A DNA stretch of 60,761 nt from an uncultured SAR86 cluster bacterium (GTDB lineage: Bacteria; Pseudomonadota; Gammaproteobacteria; Magnimaribacterales; D2472): NCBI GenBank assembly GCA_902511425.1, contig CABXFE010000003.1:1-60761 (forward strand), in the 5' to 3' direction. Position 1 is the first letter of the stretch. The number at the start of each line of letters is the position of its first letter. Position numbers and translations under genes: made by a program. Below are positions 50,809 to 60,761 of this stretch, piece by piece. The notes under the pieces are model-generated. The model was not told where the DNA came from, did not search any database, and worked only from the letters and a program-made list of their open reading frames with translations.

Positions 50809-51589
50809 ATTAGATGATAAGGTTTTTTCATTAAAAAAAGCTTCTAAAAAAGCTCTTGTTGCTTATTTGGTTGCTGGAGATCCTGACCTAGATTCAACTC
50901 TTGAGCTGATGCATGAATTTGTTGATGCGGGAGTAGATATTCTTGAGGTAGGAGTCCCGTTTACAGATCCTATTGCAGAGGGCCCAATTATTCAGGCCGC
51001 CCATGACAGAGCATTAAAAAATAATACATCCCTAAATGATATTTTTAAACTTGTAGAAAAATTTAGAGAAAAAAATACCGAAACACCAATTATTCTGATG
51101 GGCTACATGAATACTTTTTTAGCTAATTCACTGGCTTTAAAAGATGCTCATATTTCTGGTTCCGATGCTGTTTTAATTGTTGACATTCCAGGCGAGTGTG
51201 AGCTTGATGAAATGGGGATTAAAAATAAAAATCTTGCTTCAATATCCTTAATAGCACCAACAACTAGTGAGGATAGAATCTCTCAAATATGCAGTAGTAG
51301 CTCTGGTTTTATCTACTATGTGACTCTTAGGGGTGTCACGGGATCATCTCATTTGAACATTGACGAAGCAGAGGAAAAAATAAATTTTATTAAATCAAAA
51401 ACCTCATTACCAATTTTCGCAGGCTTTGGTATCAAGACGCCTGATGATGCCTATAATTTAAGTAAAATATCTGATGGCATTGTTATTGGGTCTAGTTTGG
51501 TTGAAATGATCCACGAGGAATCTGACCAAAAAAAATTTAAAAAAATATATAATTATCTTCATGAAATATCTGAAGCAATAAATCAATGA
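50801..51589 (+). CDS. trpA: Tryptophan synthase alpha chain
   Basis: AGDP, LE.GVPF.DP.A.GP.IQ, GVTG, GFGI; TTG 50801 start places the catalytic Glu at residue 49. Confidence 0.95.
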   Translation: MTRLDDKVFSLKKASKKALVAYLVAGDPDLDSTLELMHEFVDAGVDILEVGVPFTDPIAEGPIIQAAHDRALKNNTSLNDIFKLVEKFREKNTETPIILMGYMNTFLANSLALKDAHISGSDAVLIVDIPGECELDEMGIKNKNLASISLIAPTTSEDRISQICSSSSGFIYYVTLRGVTGSSHLNIDEAEEKINFIKSKTSLPIFAGFGIKTPDDAYNLSKISDGIVIGSSLVEMIHEESDQKKFKKIYNYLHEISEAINQ

Positions 51590-52446
51590 ATTGGCTTACA
51601 AGATTAATTCCATCTATTGGTTCAAATCGAGACTCAGAGTCATCTAAGAGCAAGGTTCCAGACGGACTATGGAATAATTGCCCAGCGTGCGAAGCCATCT
51701 TATATCAACCAGAGCTAGAAAAATCTCTTTTTGTTTGCCCAAAGTGCGATCATCATCTCCGTATTGGTGCCAGAACGAGAATGGCAATTTTTTTTGATGG
51801 CGGAACCTTTGATGAGATTGCGACCAAGATTACTACCAAAGATGTCCTTAAATTTAAAGATACAAAATCTTATAGCCAACGAATTAAAGAAGCTGTATCA
51901 AATACCGGTGAGGAAGAGGCAATTGTTATTGGTAAGGGTAAGCTTGAAGGTGCTGAAATTGTAGTTGCAGCTTTTGAGTTTCGATACATGGGTGGCTCTA
52001 TGGGTGGGGCAGTTGGAACTAAATTTGTTCAAGGAGTTGATGCTGCAATAGAGTGCAAAGCTCCATTGATATGTTTTTCTACTAGCGGAGGGGCCAGGAT
52101 GCAAGAGTCTATGGTTTCATTGATGCAGATGGCAAAAACTTCAGCTGCTTTGGAAAAACTTAAGGAAGCAAAATTGCCATATATCTCAGTAATGATTGAT
52201 CCTATCTATGGAGGAGTATCAGCTAGCATAGCCATGCTTGGAGATATAAATATAGCTGAGCCAAAAGCACTGGTTGGATTTGCAGGAAGAAGAGTTATTG
52301 AGCAGACCGTTAGGGTAGACCTTCCTGAAGATTTTCAAAAATCAGAATTTCTCTTAGAGCATGGTGCAATTGACATGATAGTTCATAGAAAAGATTTGAG
52401 AGCAAAGGTCTCAAGTATTTTATCAAAGCTATATCCAGCACAATGA
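51586..52446 (+). CDS. accD: Acetyl-CoA carboxylase carboxyltransferase beta subunit
   Basis: CxxC...CxxC, MGGSMG, SGGARMQE, GFAG.RVIEQT. Confidence 0.96.
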   Translation: MNWLTRLIPSIGSNRDSESSKSKVPDGLWNNCPACEAILYQPELEKSLFVCPKCDHHLRIGARTRMAIFFDGGTFDEIATKITTKDVLKFKDTKSYSQRIKEAVSNTGEEEAIVIGKGKLEGAEIVVAAFEFRYMGGSMGGAVGTKFVQGVDAAIECKAPLICFSTSGGARMQESMVSLMQMAKTSAALEKLKEAKLPYISVMIDPIYGGVSASIAMLGDINIAEPKALVGFAGRRVIEQTVRVDLPEDFQKSEFLLEHGAIDMIVHRKDLRAKVSSILSKLYPAQ

Positions 52447-52931
52447 ACATGAATCGCTTGCTTGGAATTTTTATTGCCGTAACTGTGATGATATGGATTT
52501 TAGTTTTTGCTCTATCACCTCAACCCAAGTATCAAAGAAATATCAGTATCAATATCCCCAAACTTCCTGAGCCTTTGATCAATCAAGATCAGTTGCAAAA
52601 AATAGAATACAAAGAGGTTGAAAGTAATTTTCTTGAGATTGATACGAAAGATACACTTCCCTCTGCAAAGGAAAAAGTAAATACGATTGATTTCAATTTA
52701 TATGTTTATAAGATTGGTGCTTTTGGGTCCCTAGATACCATTTCTGATGTGGTCAAAGCATATAACGATGCAGGTTTTCCAGCATTTACTGAGAAAAATA
52801 AATCAAATCAAAACCTTACTAATGTTTTAGTAGGCCCTTTTGCAAGTAAAAACGATATTCAAGATAATCAAAAAAAACTTAATCAAATTGCCGGCATAGA
52901 AGTCGGCGAGGTTATGGCTTGGAGTCCTTAG
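52443..52931 (+). CDS. dedD: SPOR-domain cell-division protein (DedD-like)
   Basis: N-terminal RL.G TM segment; C-terminal IGAF...GF.A...V.VGP; synteny before cvpA-purF. Confidence 0.7.
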   Translation: MNMNRLLGIFIAVTVMIWILVFALSPQPKYQRNISINIPKLPEPLINQDQLQKIEYKEVESNFLEIDTKDTLPSAKEKVNTIDFNLYVYKIGAFGSLDTISDVVKAYNDAGFPAFTEKNKSNQNLTNVLVGPFASKNDIQDNQKKLNQIAGIEVGEVMAWSP

Positions 52932-53458
52932 GCCTTGCTCATTTTGACTATCTTGTAATTGGGATAATTGCGCTTTCTGGCTTGATTGCTTTTTTTCGAG
53001 GCTTTGTTCAAGAAACTTTATCTCTACTATTGTGGATCGTTGCCTTTGCAGCAGCAATGTTTTTTAACGTATATTTAGATCCGTATTTTATTGATTACAT
53101 TGAAAGTCCTGAGATCAGAAGGATTCTTACAATCATCTCTGTCTTTGTTGGCATCATTTTTTTAGGCGGTTTGTTTATCAAATTACTGCGAGGCCTGGTT
53201 CACTGGTCAGGCATGGGGGGTTTAGATAGGCTATTAGGTGTCTTATTTGGATTTCTTAGAGGCATACTTCTTATTATAGTAATCTATTTAGTTTTACCAT
53301 CTGAATTTAAGCAATCCTCATTTATTACTGACTCTAAAAGCTTTTCTTATTTAAACAAATATGCGCCTATGGCTGAAAAGTTTTTTAAAAATATGATCTC
53401 TGATAAAAATTCAGTTATGCTAAAGTCTGATATCAGCACAATTTACGAGACAACATAA
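52919..53458 (+). CDS. cvpA: CvpA (colicin V production) family membrane protein
   Basis: RGFV.E..SL, DR.LG.LFG..RG; directly upstream of purF. Confidence 0.9.
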   Translation: MESLGLAHFDYLVIGIIALSGLIAFFRGFVQETLSLLLWIVAFAAAMFFNVYLDPYFIDYIESPEIRRILTIISVFVGIIFLGGLFIKLLRGLVHWSGMGGLDRLLGVLFGFLRGILLIIVIYLVLPSEFKQSSFITDSKSFSYLNKYAPMAEKFFKNMISDKNSVMLKSDISTIYETT

Positions 53459-54939
53459 TGTGTGGAATTGTTGGCATATATTCTGAAACCCATGTAGCCA
53501 GTTCAATCTATGATTCTCTATTAATGCTTCAGCACAGAGGTCAAGACGCTGCTGGAATGGTTGTTTGCGATGAGACTGGTAGATTAAACAGTCGAAAGTC
53601 GATGGGATATGTTCGAGATACTTTTCAGCAACGACATATGAATAAATTGCTTGGCAATTATGGAATTGGCCATGTTCGATATCCAACTGCAGGTGGCGCA
53701 GGTAAAGAGTTTGCTCAACCAATGTATGTTAATTCTCCCTATGGCATCAGTCTTGCTCATAATGGAAATTTAACAAATTCAAAAGTTCTTGCGCGCGAAC
53801 TCTTTCATGCTGAAATGCGCCATCTTAATACAGATTCAGACTCGGAAGTTCTTCTTAATATTTTTGCTCATGAACTTGGAAAACAAAGAGCAATTCTTCC
53901 ATCAAAAAAGCATTTTTTCAAAGCAGTTAAAAAAACTCATATTAGATGCCAAGGAGCCTATGCAGTTGTTGCTTTGATCACTGGCTTTGGGTTGTTAGCC
54001 TTCAGAGATCCGCGTGGTATTCGTCCATTAGTTATTGGAGTAAAAGATGGCCCATCAAAAAAAGAATATATAGTTGCCTCTGAGAATGCATCTTTTTCTG
54101 CTTTAGGTTTCAAAACATTGAGAGATGTATATCCTGGTGAGGCTGTGTATATAGACACTGAGGGAAACCTTCATAGTGATCAGTGCTCTGATATTGCAGA
54201 ACCAACTCCTTGTATTTTTGAATATGTTTATTTAGCAAGACCTGATTCGACTTTGGATGAGATCTCTGTTTACAAAGCAAGAATGAGAATGGGGCAGAGG
54301 CTGGCAAAAAAAATTCTTAAACTAAATCCTGAGCACGATATTGATGTGGTGATTCCAATACCTGATAGCTCTACAACAGCTGCCTTGCAGCTTGCAGCAG
54401 CATTGAAACTTCCATACAGACAAGGCTTTGTTAAAAACAGGTATGTTGGCAGAACTTTCATCATGCCAAATCAAGAAGAGAGGAAAAAATCAGTTAGACG
54501 TAAATTAAATATATTGGATCTTGAGTTTAAGGGAAAAAATGTTTTGTTAGTTGATGACTCTATTGTTAGAGGTACTACTAGCAAAAGAATTATTGAAATG
54601 GCTAAAGAGGCGGGTGCAAATAAAGTTTACTTCTCATCTGCAGCTCCTCCAGTTAAGTTTCAAAATCTTTACGGAATTGACATGGCTGCAACAAATGAGC
54701 TAATTGCCTCTGGCAGAACTGATGAAGAAGTTGCAAAAGAGATTGGTGCAGATTGGCTTATTTATCAAGATTTAGATGACTTGATTGCCTCTGCGCAAGA
54801 GGGGAATCCAAGCATTCAAAAATTTGAGATGTCTATTTTTGATGGCATCTATCCAACATCAATTAGCTCAGATTACCTAGAAGACCTTGAGTCATCACGG
54901 GGTGATAACCAAAAAGTCGCTAGAGAAAAATCCAGCTAG
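53458..54939 (+). CDS. purF: Amidophosphoribosyltransferase
   Basis: [35 protein letters not shown]. Confidence 0.98.
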   Translation: MCGIVGIYSETHVASSIYDSLLMLQHRGQDAAGMVVCDETGRLNSRKSMGYVRDTFQQRHMNKLLGNYGIGHVRYPTAGGAGKEFAQPMYVNSPYGISLAHNGNLTNSKVLARELFHAEMRHLNTDSDSEVLLNIFAHELGKQRAILPSKKHFFKAVKKTHIRCQGAYAVVALITGFGLLAFRDPRGIRPLVIGVKDGPSKKEYIVASENASFSALGFKTLRDVYPGEAVYIDTEGNLHSDQCSDIAEPTPCIFEYVYLARPDSTLDEISVYKARMRMGQRLAKKILKLNPEHDIDVVIPIPDSSTTAALQLAAALKLPYRQGFVKNRYVGRTFIMPNQEERKKSVRRKLNILDLEFKGKNVLLVDDSIVRGTTSKRIIEMAKEAGANKVYFSSAAPPVKFQNLYGIDMAATNELIASGRTDEEVAKEIGADWLIYQDLDDLIASAQEGNPSIQKFEMSIFDGIYPTSISSDYLEDLESSRGDNQKVAREKSS

Positions 54940-57515
54940 GCTCTTACAATATTCACCGCAGGAATTTCAGCAGCATCTGCGCTTTCAACATATTGCTCTA
55001 TTTCGTTAAAGTTTAAATAGCGATATATATCATCAGCCAGTGGATTGATCTCTTCCATATATTTTAAATATTCTTCTGGTGACGGAAGTTTTCCTAATAC
55101 AGAGGAAATTGCAGCAAGCTCTGCAGAAGCCAGAAATACATCGGCTCCATCACCCAGTCTATTAGGAAAATTTCTTGTTGAAGTAGAAACTACAGTTGAG
55201 TTAGCAAGCACTCTAGCTTGATTGCCCATGCAAAGAGAGCAACCTGGCAATTCTGTTCTTGCACCAGATGTTCCAAAAACATTATAGATACCTTCTTCCA
55301 TTAATTGTTTTTCATCCATCTTAGTTGGAGGAACTACCCATAATCTTGCTTTTGTTCCATTGTATTTTTTTAACAGATGTCCAGCAGCCCTAAAATGACC
55401 AATATTTGTCATACAAGACCCAATAAAGACTTCATCAATGCTTGTTTCTGCGACAGCTGATAAAGGTTTAATGTCATCAGGGTCATTTGGACATGCAAGG
55501 AGAGGCTCAGTAATATCATTGAGATTGATTTCAATTATTTCTGCATATTCAGCATCCTCATCTGGTTCCAGCAATTCAGGGTTTGCGATCCATTCTTCCA
55601 TTGCTTGAGCTCTCCTCTCCAAAGTTTTCGCATCACCATAACCACTTCCAATCATCCATCTAAGCATCACAATATTTGATTTTAAGTACTCTATTATTGG
55701 TTCTTTATTGAGCCGAACTGTGCATCCTGAAGCAGATCTTTCAGCAGAAGCATCAGACAATTCAAAAGCTTGCTCTACCTTTAAGTCTGGTAAGCCCTCT
55801 ATCTCAAGACAACGACCAGAAAATATATTTTTCTTACCTTCTTTTGCCACGGTTAAAAGACCTTTTTGAATTGCTGCATACGGTATAGCATTTACCAAGT
55901 CTCTTAAGGTAATACCAGGCTGCATTTCTCCCTTAAATCTTACAAGAACTGATTCAGGCATATCCAGCGGCATTACACCCAAGGCTGCAGCAAAAGCAAC
56001 TAGTCCCGAGCCCGCTGGAAAACTTATACCTAATGGAAATCGGGTATGACTGTCTCCACCAGTTCCTACGCCATCTGGGAGCAACATTCTATTTAACCAG
56101 GAATGAATAATGCCATCACCTGGCTTTAAAGATACCCCACCTCGATTCATAATAAAATCAGGTAATGTGTGCTGGGTGTCTATGTCTACTGGTTTTGGAT
56201 AAGCTGCTGTGTGACAAAAAGATTGCATCACCAGATCTGCTGAAAATCCTAAACAGGCTAACTCCTTTAATTCATCTCTAGTCATTGGACCAGTTGTATC
56301 CTGTGACCCCACTGTTGTCATTCTTGGCTCACAATATGTTCCAGGCCTTACTCCTTTTACTCCACATGCTTTACCAACCATTTTTTGAGCCAGCGTAAAG
56401 CCTTGATCTGAAGAATCCTCTGCATCTGGCCTAGTGAAGATATCAGTCGGTTCTAAGCCTAGAGCTTCTCTTGTTTTGTCAGTTAATTGTCTTCCAATAA
56501 TTAATGGTATACGACCATTTGCCCGCACCTCATCAAGAATTACAGGTGTCTTCAGCTCGAATGTAGACAAGACTTCGCCGCTATCTGCATCTAAGATTTT
56601 TCCATTAAATGGTTCAAATATGATTTCTTGCCCCATATTTAATTTAGACACATCGCACTCAACAGGAAATGCTCCAGAGTCCTCTAATGTGTTAAAAAAT
56701 ATAGGTGCAATCTTTCCACCAAAACAAAATCCACCTTCTTTTTTATTAGGAATGCATGGGATTTCATCACCCATATGCCAAAGTACAGAGTTAGTTGCAG
56801 ATTTTCGCGATGAACCAGTTCCCACTACATCTCCAACAAAAACTAATGGATTACCTTTTTTCTTTAAATCTTCAATTGTTTCAAGAGGTTTATCTAAACC
56901 TTCTCTTGGCATCTTAAACATTGCTAATGCATGCAATGGAATATCTGGTCTAGACCAAGCATCGGTAGCTGGAGACAAGTCATCTGTATTAATTTCGCCA
57001 GGTACTTTGTAAACCGTTAGCTTTATTTGTTCTGCAATTTCTTGTTTTTCTTTAAACCACAAGCCCTCAGCCCACGCATCAATAACAGTTTTTGCATTTT
57101 TATTTGTCTCTGAAAGGGCTAGCACTTCATTGAATGCATCAAATATTAATAAAGTTTTACTTAAAGCAGTTGCTGCTTCTTCACCTAATTCATCGCTTTC
57201 TAAACACTTTATCAAAGGTTGAATGTTGTAGCCACCAAGCATTGTTCCCAGAATCATTACAGCTTCTTTTTTGGAGATGTATGGACTGCTTGCTTCATCT
57301 GTTGTAATGTCAGCCAAGAATCCAGCTTTTACATAGGCTGCCTGATCAACACCTGCAGGCACTCTTTCTCTTAAAAGTTCTAACAATAATTCTGATTCTT
57401 TGTGTTCTGCTTTTAGCAGCTCAACCAGATCAGATGTTTGTTGGGCAGAAAGGGGTAGAGGTGGTATTGATTGTTTTTCCCTTTCTTCACAATGTTTTTT
57501 GTAATCTTGAAGCAT
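54936..57515 (-). CDS. acnB: Bifunctional aconitate hydratase 2 / 2-methylisocitrate dehydratase
   Basis: [61 protein letters not shown]. Confidence 0.98.
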   Translation of the reverse strand: MLQDYKKHCEEREKQSIPPLPLSAQQTSDLVELLKAEHKESELLLELLRERVPAGVDQAAYVKAGFLADITTDEASSPYISKKEAVMILGTMLGGYNIQPLIKCLESDELGEEAATALSKTLLIFDAFNEVLALSETNKNAKTVIDAWAEGLWFKEKQEIAEQIKLTVYKVPGEINTDDLSPATDAWSRPDIPLHALAMFKMPREGLDKPLETIEDLKKKGNPLVFVGDVVGTGSSRKSATNSVLWHMGDEIPCIPNKKEGGFCFGGKIAPIFFNTLEDSGAFPVECDVSKLNMGQEIIFEPFNGKILDADSGEVLSTFELKTPVILDEVRANGRIPLIIGRQLTDKTREALGLEPTDIFTRPDAEDSSDQGFTLAQKMVGKACGVKGVRPGTYCEPRMTTVGSQDTTGPMTRDELKELACLGFSADLVMQSFCHTAAYPKPVDIDTQHTLPDFIMNRGGVSLKPGDGIIHSWLNRMLLPDGVGTGGDSHTRFPLGISFPAGSGLVAFAAALGVMPLDMPESVLVRFKGEMQPGITLRDLVNAIPYAAIQKGLLTVAKEGKKNIFSGRCLEIEGLPDLKVEQAFELSDASAERSASGCTVRLNKEPIIEYLKSNIVMLRWMIGSGYGDAKTLERRAQAMEEWIANPELLEPDEDAEYAEIIEINLNDITEPLLACPNDPDDIKPLSAVAETSIDEVFIGSCMTNIGHFRAAGHLLKKYNGTKARLWVVPPTKMDEKQLMEEGIYNVFGTSGARTELPGCSLCMGNQARVLANSTVVSTSTRNFPNRLGDGADVFLASAELAAISSVLGKLPSPEEYLKYMEEINPLADDIYRYLNFNEIEQYVESADAAEIPAVNIVRA

Positions 57516-57619
57516 AATTTTCTCCCTGGGTCGTCATTTTACTGTGGTATCTTCAAATCCCCAAGCCCATTCTGTGTTTCTTTGTATTTCCTAGTATTAA
57601 ATAATGTATTATCCAATTT

Positions 57620-58054
57620 ATGAAGAAAAACAAAGCCTCTACACCATGCCTCGGAATATGCTCAACAACTTATGGTGATAATGTATGCAAGGGCTGCAAG
57701 CGTTTTGTTCATGAGGTTATTAATTGGAACAAGTATGCTGTTTCAGAAAAGGAGTTAGTTAATTCTCGACTTGAAAGTTTTAAGCTAACTGTTTTAAAAG
57801 ATAGATTCTCTGTTTCGAATGCTGAGCTTTTGGCAACTCGACTAAACGACCAAGGAATAAACTTTAATGATTCCTTAGATCCAATGACTTGGATCTTTGA
57901 TCTTCTCCGCGCTGCTGGCTCACAAGAATTAGACTTGCGACAATTTGGAATTATTTGTCACGTAAATATAAATCTTGCTGAGCTTAAAGAGCAGATTTAC
58001 TCAGAATTTTTAGAGCTTTCTGAAGCTCATTATGAAAGATATTTCTCTACTTAG
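57620..58054 (+). CDS. DUF1289-family Cys-rich (putative Fe-S) protein
   Basis: TPC.G.CSTTYGD.VC.GCKRF.HEVI.WN; divergent from acnB. Confidence 0.8.
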   Translation: MKKNKASTPCLGICSTTYGDNVCKGCKRFVHEVINWNKYAVSEKELVNSRLESFKLTVLKDRFSVSNAELLATRLNDQGINFNDSLDPMTWIFDLLRAAGSQELDLRQFGIICHVNINLAELKEQIYSEFLELSEAHYERYFST

Positions 58055-59315
58055 TTGTTGGTAATTCCCACCAGTTCGTTGTGTATTTAGGTGATACCAT
58101 TTTTTTTTGTATGGGTGATAGCCCCTTAGAATATTGTGATGCATAGTAAATTTGCGTGTGGATGCTGTTGAGTCCATCTATTGTTTGCATTAAATTTGTA
58201 TCTTGTTTTAAGTGCAGTTGATCTGTTGCTTCGAAAAGAGATTTTTGAATAAAAGCTGGATGTGAAAATTGACTTAGCAATATCCCTGCTTTTGCGTACG
58301 GATAACCCTTTTTAAAGATAGTATTTAATACTTTATTTGCGCCCATTAAAATGCTTCTTGTGTCATCTACTGGGCAAGGGAGTTGAAAGCTATCAAATCC
58401 ACGATGTTGTAGTTGTTTATTAAACCTACTGGTGGAAATAAATACTGATACTTGAGAGCATTTTTGTTTTTCATGCCTCAGTTTTTCTCCAGCGCGAACT
58501 GCAAAATTACTAATTAGTGATTTAAGTTCGCTTAAGTTCTCAATTTTGCCTCTAAAACTTCGACTTACAACAATTTGTTTCTTTGGCTCAGGATTATTGT
58601 CTATTTGGATGCATGGCTCTCCTCTTAATTCTCTAACTGTGCGTTCCAGCACAACGCTAAATTTTTTTCTGATAAACCGAATATCCATTTGCGCTAATTC
58701 ATAAGCTGAATATATGCCCAGTTGATTCAGTTGTCTGGAGAGATTATGACCAACTCCCCAAATTTCTTTAATGGATAATGTTTGAAGAGCATCAAAAATA
58801 TTTTTTTGCTTGCTTAGGCAGCAGACCCCTGTGCCATCATTCGTATTTTTTGCAATATGACTTGCAACCTTGGTAAGAGTTTTGGTTGGTGCAATTCCAA
58901 TGCGCACCGGTATTCCAACCCATTGCCGTATCGTATTGCGACAATAAATACCAAATTCATATGCTTGATCTTTGTTTTGTATATGTTGCAAGTCCAAAAA
59001 TGCCTCATCAATACTATAAATCTCAATTCTTTTTACCATTCCATCAAGAATATTCATGACTCTTTTAGATAAATCTCCGTACAGGGCAAAGTTAGATGAA
59101 AATACTTTGCCTCCTTGAGCTAGATATCCTTTTTTTACTTGAAACCACGGAATGCCCATTTTTATTCCCATGGCTTTGGCTTCTTTGCTTCTGGCAATTA
59201 CACATCCATCATTATTAGACAGCACAACAATAGGTGTTTTCTTTAAATCTGGCCGAAAAACTCTCTCGCATGAGGCATAAAAGTTATCACAATCAACTAA
59301 TGCTAAAAGCCTCAT
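58047..59315 (-). CDS. umuC: Y-family DNA polymerase V catalytic subunit
   Basis: VDC.NFYASCER, VLSNNDGC, SSNFALYGD, YSIDEAF, SP.YTT.W. Confidence 0.93.
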   Translation of the reverse strand: MRLLALVDCDNFYASCERVFRPDLKKTPIVVLSNNDGCVIARSKEAKAMGIKMGIPWFQVKKGYLAQGGKVFSSNFALYGDLSKRVMNILDGMVKRIEIYSIDEAFLDLQHIQNKDQAYEFGIYCRNTIRQWVGIPVRIGIAPTKTLTKVASHIAKNTNDGTGVCCLSKQKNIFDALQTLSIKEIWGVGHNLSRQLNQLGIYSAYELAQMDIRFIRKKFSVVLERTVRELRGEPCIQIDNNPEPKKQIVVSRSFRGKIENLSELKSLISNFAVRAGEKLRHEKQKCSQVSVFISTSRFNKQLQHRGFDSFQLPCPVDDTRSILMGANKVLNTIFKKGYPYAKAGILLSQFSHPAFIQKSLFEATDQLHLKQDTNLMQTIDGLNSIHTQIYYASQYSKGLSPIQKKMVSPKYTTNWWELPTTK

Positions 59316-59743
59316 TCAAATTTATTAATAGCTGCGGTTACTGTTCCCATAATATCGAGATCCTGACCATGCTGAATGTAGATGGGTTGATACTTAGGGT
59401 TTTCTGGTAGCAAACACAGTCGAGGTTTGAGGTGCAAGCGTTTGCATACAAAGTCACCATCTAAAGAAGCAACCACAATGCTTCCATGCTTTGGTTTAAG
59501 GCTTCGATCAACCACCAAGATGGCTTGATCTGCAATATTTGCATCTAGCATCGAATCTCCAGATACTCTCACCAAGAAAGTAGCTGCACCATTTTTAATA
59601 AGGTATTGATTTAGATCAATGGGGCTCTCTAAGTAATCATTGGCCGGACTTGGAAAGCCTACGGATACTGGTTCTACAAAAAATTTTGTAAAAGTGGCAG
59701 GCAGATCATCTGCCGATATTGAACCGAGATAATTAATAGTCAT
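59312..59743 (-). CDS. umuD: DNA polymerase V auxiliary subunit (S24 peptidase)
   Basis: GFPSPA.DY, RV.GDSM, LVVDRS, KRL; SOS box upstream; directly before umuC. Confidence 0.92.
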   Translation of the reverse strand: MTINYLGSISADDLPATFTKFFVEPVSVGFPSPANDYLESPIDLNQYLIKNGAATFLVRVSGDSMLDANIADQAILVVDRSLKPKHGSIVVASLDGDFVCKRLHLKPRLCLLPENPKYQPIYIQHGQDLDIMGTVTAAINKFE

Positions 59744-59754
59744 GGGATTTAAAA

Positions 59755-59774
59755 TACTGTATATTTATACAGTA
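59755..59774. promoter_or_regulatory. LexA (SOS) box TACTGTATATTTATACAGTA
   Basis: CTG-N10-CAG, near-perfect consensus, 11 bp upstream of umuD. Confidence 0.93.
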
Positions 59775-59797
59775 TAATTAGCCAACAAACAATAGTT

Positions 59798-60508
59798 TTA
59801 AAGGGTAAATTCTTTCAATTCTTGTTGCTTTTCATCAAGCATTAGACACCAACCAGTTTTATGCCAGTCACCTAACACAATTCGAGTGCCGGTATCGTCT
59901 TGATGAGTATTTGGTCTATGGGTATGACCATGAATAAGTAAATCTATATGATGTTCATCAAAAAATTTCTCAATAGACGCAGGAGTGACATCCATAATCG
60001 AAACATCTTTATTACTATTATTTTTTTGACTAGCATCACGCATATTTGATGCAATATTAAGACGATCGCTTAAGGGTTTTTGCAAGAATTCTTGTTGCCA
60101 TTCTTGTGATCTAACTTCTTTTTTAAATCTCATGTATTCAAGATCCTCGGTGCAAAAACCATCTCCATGTGAGAGAGCAATTTTTTGATCAAAGAAGTTT
60201 AAAAAGAATGGGTCTGGAAGAAGAGTTAGATTGGATTGTTCAGCAAATTTTTGGCCACATAAGAAATCTCTATTCCCATGAATAAAAAATATTTCTAATC
60301 CATTGCGAGTGGCATGATTTAGTTTTTGCATCACACCGGTGGCTAGCTCAGAGTTATCATCATCTCCAACCCATGCCTCAAACAGGTCACCCAATATATA
60401 TAGATGAGATAATTCCCGGGCAGCAGTTTTTAAAAATTCAAAAAAGCCCTCTGTTACAGAGGGCGTATTCTCAGATAAATGAAGATCAGATATAAACCCT
60501 AACTTCAT
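59798..60508 (-). CDS. lpxH: UDP-2,3-diacylglucosamine diphosphatase
   Basis: ISDLHL, GDLFE.W.GDD, GNRDFL, HGD..CT.D, HGHTHRP, LGDW; follows ppiB. Confidence 0.94.
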   Translation of the reverse strand: MKLGFISDLHLSENTPSVTEGFFEFLKTAARELSHLYILGDLFEAWVGDDDNSELATGVMQKLNHATRNGLEIFFIHGNRDFLCGQKFAEQSNLTLLPDPFFLNFFDQKIALSHGDGFCTEDLEYMRFKKEVRSQEWQQEFLQKPLSDRLNIASNMRDASQKNNSNKDVSIMDVTPASIEKFFDEHHIDLLIHGHTHRPNTHQDDTGTRIVLGDWHKTGWCLMLDEKQQELKEFTL

Positions 60509-60761
60509 TCACTCACTGTAACTGAGTTAATAACTGTTGGTTCAAGAGGGGCATCAGCATAGCCGCCAACAGTAGAGGTTGTGCTCAGAGCTATTTGATC
60601 CACCACATCCATACCATCAATGACGGAGCCAAAAACTGCATAGCCCCAGCCTTGAGAGGTTTCAGCTGTATGATTTAGAAAGTCGTTATCTTTATGATTT
60701 ATAAAAAATTGACCAGTAGCAGAATGAGGATCCATGGTTCTGGCCATCGCAATAGAACCAC
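60505..60761 (-). CDS. ppiB: Cyclophilin-type peptidyl-prolyl isomerase (partial; 5' end beyond window)
   Basis: G.IAMART.DPHSAT.QFFIN, GYAVFG.V..GMDVVD; frame open to window edge. Confidence 0.9.
   Translation of the reverse strand, partial: GSIAMARTMDPHSATGQFFINHKDNDFLNHTAETSQGWGYAVFGSVIDGMDVVDQIALSTTSTVGGYADAPLEPTVINSVTVSE

Noticed and set aside
56434..57012. 192-aa plus-strand ORF inside acnB
   Set aside because: Codon-register antisense shadow of a highly conserved gene; Ser/Pro/Ile-rich with no motifs
1101..59072. Numerous 60-126 aa ORFs overlapping annotated genes (e.g. 1489-1839, 18580-18900, 20877-21206, 24381-24761, 45889-46239)
   Set aside because: All are antisense or frame-shifted within confidently identified genes and have no recognisable features
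1..60761. tRNA, rRNA, CRISPR array, IS elements
   Set aside because: Largest gaps are ~110 bp and show no cloverleaf, repeat-spacer pattern or transposase

Overview
This AT-rich, very gene-dense window has about 61 CDS, with intergenic gaps of 0-110 bp and frequent stop/start overlaps. It looks like a streamlined marine gammaproteobacterium; a SAR86-like origin is my inference from composition and Pseudomonadales-like gene order. The left half (about 3.4-25 kb) is a lipid/acyl-CoA catabolic region. It holds an Atu-like biotin carboxylase operon with a two-subunit acyl-CoA dehydrogenase, a GST, a nitronate monooxygenase-like flavoenzyme, an F420-type LLM oxidoreductase, a second ACAD pair and a Zn-ADH. 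It is interrupted by a very AT-rich three-gene cassette (DPPR-synthase-type UbiA, small flippase, NAD epimerase). The right half is mostly core genome: nadK, galU, pyrD, topA, lexA, thrH, queH, prpBCD, aroC-leuCDB-asd-fimV-truA-trpFBA-accD-dedD-cvpA-purF, acnB, umuDC, lpxH, ppiB. Non-coding signals read directly from the sequence: two canonical SOS boxes; a palindrome TGGTAA-N16-TTACCA (14 bp identical) repeated in two divergent promoter regions of the catabolic block; and several -10 boxes 6-8 nt before start codons, suggesting leaderless mRNAs. I saw no rRNA, tRNA, CRISPR array or transposase. Gene calls rest on recognised motifs and synteny, not database searches.
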